DNA of 63,947 nt, counting the filler. It is 12 parts of 12 records of this genome, joined end to end, with 100 filler letters (N's around TTAATTAATTAA, not from the genome) between each part and the next. Parts side by side here need not be neighbours in the genome. Positions count along the whole stretch, not along the records: positions 54,458 to 59,604 come from SRR15195285_2108; positions 59,705 to 63,947 come from SRR15195285_2117; 10 more parts are not named here. One strand, written 5' to 3'. Position 1 is the stretch's first letter. Every line of letters starts with the position of its first letter. The notes below the pieces were generated by a model. The model ran no database searches, was not told the DNA's origin, and saw only the letters and a list, made by a program, of their open reading frames with translations. The position numbers and the translations under genes were made by a program. Of this stretch, positions 56,435 to 63,947 are shown piece after piece.

Positions 56435-58918
56435 TTAAGGCCGCGGAACAAGGGACTCGTCCGCGATGTCTTGTCGCGTAGGCGCTGTGCTGCCGCCTCT
56501 GTTAGCAATAGGTCGGCTGACCTCCACATCGCCATCATCACAGCATAGAGTGCGCATAACCCAATCTGGAACGCGGTCCATGAGCTTTTCAATGCACCCA
56601 GTTGGCTGCCCTTCCGCAGCAGCAGCAGCGGCTGCTGCCACATCATGCTTCGGGTCATACTTCGGCGGTTCCGGATCGCGCGGTATCGCTGTCCAGTCGC
56701 CTTCCATGGACATGCGGTCGAGGTATGTAGATGGCGTCAGGGCCTCAGTCCCACCGATCAACACTGTGCAGCCAGTGCGCCGCTCGATTTCGGCAGCTGC
56801 CCGAACCTCGCTGTACGACACACCACCGAGGACGCAAATGATTATTGTGCGTTGCTTATCGACCGCACCGGCACGGTGGCGGCCGCCAATTTGCTGCTGA
56901 GCTTTGTCGTACGAAAGCCACTCCAACCGCTTCTTCAGCTTGTAGTCTCTACACGGTGTGCTTTCATCTGCGTTAAGGCCGCACCAGTAGCTCAGGTGTG
57001 GGTTGTCTCGCCCTTTCGCAAGGTCTTTCATCAACCAGTACAGTGTCGGCTCAAACCGTGACAGCGAGTCTCGGTCGGATATTTCACCTTCCGAGGCCCC
57101 ACCAAGCTTTTCACCTAGTCTGTCGAGCAACCCCCTCTTCGGTGAAGCAGCCGCACCACCAGGCCTAACCCCTGGCTGGGGTGGACGCCGAGGGTTGTAC
57201 TCCTCGCCACTGGGTTCGGTGCTGTATCGTCTGCGAGCCTTCCCGTAGCCGTAGCTCACACTCTTTTTGGCTCCCTGTCCAGTCTTCTGCACCTTCATAT
57301 CGAGATGGATTTGCACATTGTGAGATTCAAGCTGCTTGATCACTGCCGCATACTTACTTGGAACTCCTTGTGGGAAGGCCTGCTGCCGTAACCCTTGGAA
57401 CTCAACACCCCGTGCCCCTGCTGCCGCTGCACCATTATCATCTGATTCGGATGCAGCGGAACCGAGCGCTACGTAGTAGACCAAGAGCAGCCGCATCTTG
57501 TCTTGATCACCCAGGTTGACGTTTCCTAGCAAGCCGGACACCGAAGCCAGTACATCCTGAGGGTCCACGCTCTCGTCCCAGATATCTCGCCCAGAGGTCA
57601 TCAGCATCTCTAGTTCGCACATTTCACGCATATGGCGGTCGTTGAAGGCATTTGTCAACAACTTGTGGAGATGCAAATGCTTCGAGAACTGAGCATTCTT
57701 CTCGGCGTATTCAGTCATCCGTTCCATCCGTGCTTTCAAGTCTGGGCTGGTGCCCTCGCTAGGGAAGAACTCTGGAAAGTCATCCTTAAAATCGCTGAAA
57801 GCCTTGTTGATGTAGCTTAGAAAGTCTGCGAGGTGCATGTGCTTACAGCGTGTCCAGATCGGGTCATCGGGATCCGCGAGCGGGGTGTGTGTCACTTTCT
57901 TCTCCCCCTGTGCATTTTGGTAAGCGAGTTCCAGGTCGCCGTACTCCGTCAGTGGCACGGTGTCGTGTATCAGTGACTCGTAGTAGAGGTCGTGCAACAG
58001 AGGTCCCACTGGGTCGACAGAGCGGTCCACCAGGACCAGCAGCGCGTTGTTTCTTGGCGGTCCCTTCTTCGCCGATTTCTGTCCGCCGAAATTCTCGCGG
58101 AACACCCCACGCATCTCAGAGGAGAACGCTGCTGAGGTGTCCTGCATTGAAAACATGCGCAGCCTTTCTCGCAGCAAGATCGCAATCTTGCTCACGTCTG
58201 TCTGCACTTGCATAGAGACCCGCATCCAGTCGTTGGTATAGCCTGACTGTGGCGCGGCTTTCGGTGCCGGTTCCATGTCAAAGAACGCTATATCCGGCGT
58301 CTCGCCAATGTTCATGCAGAGGTGGAAAAGCCGCTCCACGATCCGGTCGTAGTTTTCATCCTCGCCTATCACCTCACCGTGATCCCGCGGGCGGTACGTC
58401 TGGAAAAAGTACTCCGGCATGTCGAGCGAAAAGAGGTTGCGCCCTAGAGGTGAGAACTCAAGGTTGAGCTCGCGGCACAACACCACGGCGTGCCGGAAGC
58501 CCTCGTTCAGCCTTATCTCCAGCTGAATCTGCTCAAAAAGAAAGTCGGGGATAGCACGGGTGAAGAAGAGCCAGGCCTCGCTGTACATTTTAATGCTACG
58601 CTTCTTGTGAAAGTCGTTTACAATCCGGCGGACGCTAGCCTGCGTGGGTGCGACGAAATAGATCGCGCCCAGCTGTGGCTGCGGCTGGCGGTCCTTGGTC
58701 AGGTCGTCCGTGTGCGTGACGCCAAGTGCCGCGATCTGACTCATGCTGCAGCACGCAGCGAGAACACGAGTGCCTTCGCGATCCATGACCAAGCATTTGA
58801 AGTCATCGCCGTTGCTCGTGGCCACTTTGATCATCTTCTCTACCACCAGATGGCGGCATACGCCCAGAAGTCCTGGCCGTGGGCTCTCAGCCGCCTCCGT
58901 TGCTGCACGCCGCTTCAT
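56435..58918 (-). CDS. Sec1/Munc18 (SM) family protein, exocytic Sec1/STXBP-like
   Basis: Motifs KCLVMD, RQPQPQLGAIYFVAPT, LVDRSVDPVGPLLHDLYYE, DKMRLLL, LSRFEP and VLGGVSYSEVR..IGGT. Confidence 0.92.
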   Translation of the reverse strand: MKRRAATEAAESPRPGLLGVCRHLVVEKMIKVATSNGDDFKCLVMDREGTRVLAACCSMSQIAALGVTHTDDLTKDRQPQPQLGAIYFVAPTQASVRRIVNDFHKKRSIKMYSEAWLFFTRAIPDFLFEQIQLEIRLNEGFRHAVVLCRELNLEFSPLGRNLFSLDMPEYFFQTYRPRDHGEVIGEDENYDRIVERLFHLCMNIGETPDIAFFDMEPAPKAAPQSGYTNDWMRVSMQVQTDVSKIAILLRERLRMFSMQDTSAAFSSEMRGVFRENFGGQKSAKKGPPRNNALLVLVDRSVDPVGPLLHDLYYESLIHDTVPLTEYGDLELAYQNAQGEKKVTHTPLADPDDPIWTRCKHMHLADFLSYINKAFSDFKDDFPEFFPSEGTSPDLKARMERMTEYAEKNAQFSKHLHLHKLLTNAFNDRHMREMCELEMLMTSGRDIWDESVDPQDVLASVSGLLGNVNLGDQDKMRLLLVYYVALGSAASESDDNGAAAAGARGVEFQGLRQQAFPQGVPSKYAAVIKQLESHNVQIHLDMKVQKTGQGAKKSVSYGYGKARRRYSTEPSGEEYNPRRPPQPGVRPGGAAASPKRGLLDRLGEKLGGASEGEISDRDSLSRFEPTLYWLMKDLAKGRDNPHLSYWCGLNADESTPCRDYKLKKRLEWLSYDKAQQQIGGRHRAGAVDKQRTIIICVLGGVSYSEVRAAAEIERRTGCTVLIGGTEALTPSTYLDRMSMEGDWTAIPRDPEPPKYDPKHDVAAAAAAAAEGQPTGCIEKLMDRVPDWVMRTLCCDDGDVEVSRPIANRGGSTAPTRQDIADESLVPRP

Positions 58919-59849
58919 CGCTGATCGCACTGCTGCGTCAGTGGCGATCACTCAGCTCTGCGGCTGCGCGCACCGGCTCTCCTCTCCCCACGCTACCGGT
59001 GTGGCTGCTCCAGAGGGTATGCGACGGCACCGCGGATCAGCCGAAAGACGTGTACGCGCTGCTACTGCTTCGAGCCAGCGCAGAGCACGCCGGCGCTCAC
59101 CATCAGGAACATCCCCAGCAGCGCGGCCGCGCACACCCCCGACCTCTCTCCTGTCTTGAAGAGAGCGGAATCGACCAATCAATCATCCAGCTCGATTCTC
59201 AGTACTAGCTATTCATAGTATAGTATACCCTGGCGACGCGCTGAGTCTGTGACTCTCCGCGAGGTACACAGAAATGGTACAATTTTCCAGTACGAAAAGA
59301 TCAATTCCGACGAATTGCCACTGCGCTGGATCGACTGGAACAATCAGAATCCTGCTGATTTCTGGATGGTCTTCGGACTTCGCGGGACAGACTGGATCTT
59401 TCGAATCTTGATCGATGCCCGCCACCCAGGCAGGATAGCTCACCATGCGGCAACAGCCCTGTGGAAGGAGCAAGCAGCATGCCACGATGCCGTGATGCCG
59501 GCGAGAACATTTTAACTGAAATTTAGCATTTGATTCACAGTGGTCATCGTAGAGAAATTGTCTCACCAATCTCTAAACGCTTTGTGACACCCTGTGATCA
59601 CATGNNNNNNNNNNNNNNNNNNNNNNNNNNNNNNNNNNNNNNNNNNNNTTAATTAATTAANNNNNNNNNNNNNNNNNNNNNNNNNNNNNNNNNNNNNNNN
59701 NNNNGGTACGATTTTCCGGTACAGACTGCACAAAATTTGAAAAGAAAAATACCCCGACGATTGATTTTGCAAGAATAAGAATCCACCTGGATACGTGGGA
59801 CCGGTGAGCCGCGGGAAGTCCGGCCGCCATGAGGATGAGCTCGGCTCGG

Positions 59850-59956
59850 TAGGAATCCTATTGCATTCGTACTGTAGGATCCTACTATGAATTGTAGGGA
59901 TGGATCCCTACTGGTACTGTACCGCAATTCTGTACTGTAGGATCCTACTGTTGTAC
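59850..59956. promoter_or_regulatory. Cluster of GTAGGATCCTAC-type palindromes and an 18-bp direct repeat upstream of the transporter gene
   Basis: GTACTGTAGGATCCTACT at 59869 and 59932; GTAGGGAT-gg-ATCCCTAC at 59894; TAGGAATCCTA at 59850. The regulatory role is inferred. Confidence 0.45.
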
Positions 59957-60616
59957 CGTTGTTGCACATCGAGAATCAGAATGCTGGGGAGGACTGGGAC
60001 CCGGCCGGTACCGGATTGAATCCTCACCGCTCATTCGTGAGGTCCGGATGCTCGCTCGTCCCCGGGTTCCTCGCGGGCGGATACCCGTCCGTCATGCTGT
60101 GTTTCATGCCATGTGTTGCAAAATCACCACTCATGTTGCGTCACCACTCGCATGTTCATCACCAGACGCCACTGAAAATCACCTGCAAATCACAAATCAG
60201 TGGAGGCCAGACCTGGGCACTCCATAAATTCCGGGCAGAACAGGACAGAGAACAGCAGAACAGCAGAACAGCAGAACAGACTCAAAGACACTCAGACAGC
60301 AGAACTCTTGATCAGTCTCACGGCTTCAACGCTCGAACACTGACCGACTCACCGCGACTCGCGACTCGGGATCGAGACGTTGGCTCGTCGTTATTATGGT
60401 GACTACCATTGTCGATTGTGATTTATATACATCTGGATAAATCAGTATCACCGCCGCCCACCTGCTGTTGCGTGATCGCTGAACCGCCGGCGCCGCCGAC
60501 GGACCCGGCCTCGCTGCTGGTCGGCGTTGCAGCCCCTCGTGCTGAACGCTGCCGGCAGTAACATGGCGGGCGGCGCAGGCTGAGGGTGAGGCGCGCGGTA
60601 GGGCTCGGGCTGAGGA

Positions 60617-62373
60617 TGGCGGAGGGCTGGGAGGCGCAGCGGACGGTGGGCCTGCATTCGAGCGGAGGGATGGGCATGCAGAAGGGCGGCAGCGACGTGC
60701 TGGGCGATCCGCTGCTCGCGGGTACAGCGGACAGCGAAGGCGGCGCCAAACTAGTGGTGTCGGACAAGGGGCGGGAGCCGACCGCCGGGATCATCTCTAG
60801 CTGCATATCCTACTGCAACAGCGTCATCGGCGCCGGAATCCTGGGGCTGCCGTTCGCGTTCTCGCGCACAGGCTGGGCTTGGGGGTGCATCCTGCTGTGT
60901 GTCAACACCGTGCTCTGCACAGCAACAATGGCCATGCTCGAGTACTGTATGCGGAAGACGGACGCCAGTAAGTGCAGCGCTGCCTGTCAGACCTGACCGC
61001 CCAGACACGTCTCCGCGTGTCTCTGAAGCGCGTGCTGGAACGGTGCTGGTGAGTAGGTACCTACTCGGAGACGATCTTCAACACCTGTGGCTGGGGATTC
61101 AAGGTCGCGGGTGAGATCTTCATGATCCTCAACTTCTGGGGCACAATGATTGCCTATCAGCAGATCGTACCGGGATCCTTGCTGGATATCCTCGAAGACA
61201 GGCAAGTGCTGGACCCTGTCGCAAACGCAAACTTCTTCTGGCCGTTTTTCCTGGACAACCGACAGTGGCTGGTTGCAACGACTACAATATTTCTCTTCCT
61301 CCCACTCTCGCTGGCGCCTTCAGTCGATTGCCTTGCAGGAGTATCCGCCTTCGCAACGGGCGCTATGGTCTACATGATTGCAATCGTTTCAAAGAACGGT
61401 TTCACCCGCTTCGCCCAGGAGAACGGTACCGGTGTGCCACCACTGGCTTGCTTGGGCGGCGAGGCCGAGGAGTGCGGCAACGTAGCAGCGGTTGCATTCA
61501 ACATCAACTCCGAGCTGTTTGATTCCTTCGCGACGTTCACGTTCGCGCTGGCAGGCCACGGTATTGTGGTGCGTCTTGCGTTGCATCGTCTGTCCAGCAT
61601 CCACAGGCTGCTTTCTTGCGTCCCGTTGCACCATTTTTGAGTCCGAGCATGTCTGCCGACGGCAGGCCGTGGTACGCGGCGAGCTAGTCAACCCGACGGG
61701 GACACGGTTTGCAATGGTGGTCCTGCCGTGCATGGTGGTGGTCACGCTGTTATACGCAGTGGCAGCAGTGATGGGCTACTTGCAGTTCACGAACTGGAGC
61801 TGCGCTAACATATCCGAAGCGTACGCTGACGACACGTGGGTGTTCGTTGGCCAGATTGGCGTGGTTCTGTGCATTACTGGCGGCCATCCGGTCAACATGT
61901 TCCCGCTGAAAATTGCCGTGGACAAACTGTTGTTCTTCGAGAGACCAGAGTCCAACAGTCGGCGGGGCATAATCTCGGCAGTGTGTGTTCTGACTGCTGG
62001 GTGTGTGGCAATTGTTGTCGACGATCTTTCTGACGTGCTCGCGCTCTCTGGTTCGATCGGGAATGGCCCAGTTTGCTTTGCGCTCCCGGCAATAGCGTAC
62101 ATGAACCTTCGTCACAGGGAGCGACCTGTGGCCCAAAGGGTCTTCTGTACCTGGGAGGGATGGGTGTCGATCATTCTCACCATTTTCGTCATCGGCACGA
62201 TCGTCGTGGTCATCGTGAACATAGCCACTCTCGGGCAGTCAGATGGAGAGGACCCAGGTCTGAAGTGTGGGGTAGCCTGCGAGACTCTAGCACCGGGCGA
62301 ATGTGAACCCGATGCGGCGACGCTCGGTGATAGTGAGACTTGGCTGGCACGAGCTGCACGGCTGTTGCCATGA
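60617..62373 (+). CDS. Amino-acid transporter, AAAP/SLC38 family (3 exons)
   Basis: Motifs NSVIGAGILGLPFAF, FTFALAGH and GYLQF; many TM segments; introns near 60968-61056 and 61569-61664; N-terminal DPLL dileucine-like motif. Confidence 0.9.
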
Positions 62374-62557
62374 GACAACTGAAGCTCACTATGCGCTCAG
62401 CATTAAGCGTTCTGGCAGCGCAGCTGCGTGGTGGGACAGTTGAGCAGGTCGGCATCGCGGGGTGCCAACAGATAGGACCGTGCGTGACTGAATGCAGTTT
62501 CGATTGGCAGTGCAGTGTTTGGATTGTGCAAGCGATCACTGTACAGTCATCGATTTG

Positions 62558-63509
62558 TCATGGTTCGGACTCCCCCACCCGCCCCGTGTACGCGAACTCA
62601 GGATCGTCCCATGCTGGAACTGCGTCACCACTGACTGGGCCGCGCTCGGTACCTCCGAGCTTCTGCAACTCCGCGGCAGCAACCTGTGTGCATGCACAGG
62701 CAAGGGCATCCAGCAAATCAAGCAGCCGTACACCATCCGAACATAGCGGCCAGACGGGCAAAGTATGTTGCATTCGTGAGTTAGCTAGCTAGGCCCACAC
62801 ACAAGAACGCTGAAGAGCTTACGCGATTGGACAGCATGCGGTCAAGAGGCGTCATCGCGTACGCGTCCATCGCGTTTGGATCCGCACCCTCGCCGATGAG
62901 TATACGCACAACTTCCTTCGGATTGCCTCCGTGAGTCATCCCAGCCATGTGGAGTGGACGGGCGCCGCCGGCCATGACCAGATTTGCCAACGTCTTACGC
63001 TTCGCCCTGTCGTCACCGAGTTGCTCAAACAGCTGCTGCAACGCTCGGGCGTCTCCACTAGTCACCAGATTTGAGATGTGCGCGTAACCGCGGTTGGTCT
63101 GCGTGTACTGCGACATGTCAAGGAACGGCGACTTCATGCCCTTGTGTGGGGCGACGTTGTTGTGTGGGCCATAAGCCCAGTCGGCGTTGTTCTCTGGCCA
63201 CTCGTGCCCGAGGAGCACGCTGCCCGTTGCTGGGTCGCGCTTCACGATGCCACCGTAGACCCCGGCCCCGACTACGTCCATGTACGGGTTCCAGCCGAGA
63301 ACGCTACGGGCCAATTCGCGCGCGACAACCTCGCCATTCCACAGCTCATGTGAGCTGTCCAGCATGTTGTCGCCGACGGCGCTCATGCTTGCCTGCCCAC
63401 TGGAGCTTGCGACCTGTCCGATGGTGTAGAGGCCACCACACAGCAGCGGTAGCAGCAGCAGCGGAGAGGCGCGTGCAGTACCTTCAAGCCGTCGGGGCAG
63501 CCTTAGCAT
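62558..63509 (-). CDS. Secreted or signal-anchored protein with C-terminal ankyrin repeats
   Basis: Hydrophobic N-terminus; GARPLHMAG..LIGEGADPNAMDAYAMTPL; an intron near 62690-62822 leads into the VAAAELQKLGG exon. Confidence 0.7.
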
Positions 63510-63641
63510 GCACCAGCGGGTGCGTGGTTGTAGGTTGTTGTGGCCGCCGTCGGTGACGACAGCTGTGTGTGTACGGAAACCTCGCTGCCGAATTCCCGTC
63601 GCTCAATCTTCATTCGATTCATGGGAAAGAATTGTTTGAAT

Positions 63642-63834
63642 GTACCGGTATTCGAATACAGTGTACTGATGCAACACTACTGAGTACTGTGTAGTGTGTA
63701 TAGTACAAAGCAGGTACACTCGGTCCCGGTTCACTTGTGTACTTATTATAGTACCATCAGGATCCTACACCAATGGCAATGCTGACGAATGGTACCACGT
63801 ACTATCATAGTACTAGTACTCGACGTACATGTAC
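63642..63834. promoter_or_regulatory. GTAC-dense region upstream of the ankyrin gene
   Basis: 13 GTAC in about 195 bp, plus AGGATCCTA. The function is inferred. Confidence 0.45.
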
Positions 63835-63926
63835 CCGGAGTAGCACCTGTGGCCAGGATCGCCTGCAGGCCTGCTCGCCGCAAATGTGTTCAAGGATTGT
63901 TCCTACTCCCAGTGCACCGCACCGGG

Positions 63927-63947
63927 CATTGACATTGACATTGACAT
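63927..63947. repeat. (CATTGA)n tandem repeat at window end
   Basis: cattgacattgacattgacat. Confidence 0.7.

Noticed and set aside
58919-59182. In-frame TGA between a 76-aa upstream ORF and Sec1 as a second readthrough or selenocysteine case
   Set aside because: The upstream peptide is low-complexity GC-rich UTR-like sequence without an ATG start, and Sec1 has its own ATG at 58918 before the conserved N-terminus.
59249-59515. 88-aa ORF as a gene or transposon remnant
   Set aside because: It has a GTG start, no recognisable motif and lies near a contig end, so no call can be supported.

Overview
This window is eukaryotic, GC-rich genomic DNA from an unidentified, probably heterotrophic, protist. 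It consists of 12 short contigs joined by artificial 100-nt linkers (N45-TTAATTAATTAA-N43), so adjacency across linkers is not biological evidence. Genes are compact, with short GT-AG introns. They include trafficking genes (SEC31, COG1, VPS13-like, Sec1/Munc18), an IP3R/RyR-type channel C-terminus, an asparaginase-ankyrin protein, an isochorismatase, a SnRK2/CAMK-like kinase, an amino-acid transporter, a multidomain glutaredoxin, and several hydrolases, most with predicted signal peptides (GH31, GH32-like, GH95-like, M14, beta-lactamase-like). The standout is contig 2 (6691-13204), an apparently intact DIRS-type tyrosine-recombinase retrotransposon. Its gag and pol are in the same frame, separated by a single UAG followed by GGA and a GC-rich hairpin, which resembles gammaretroviral stop-codon readthrough. 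Its pol and recombinase ORFs are joined by a TGATG stop-start overlap. Other points of interest are an RRM-like insertion in the Ca2+-release channel, a GH32 lacking two catalytic motifs, and dense GTAC clusters plus TAGGA(N)TCCTA palindromes upstream of genes on several contigs. All family assignments come from motifs recognised by eye; no database search was run.
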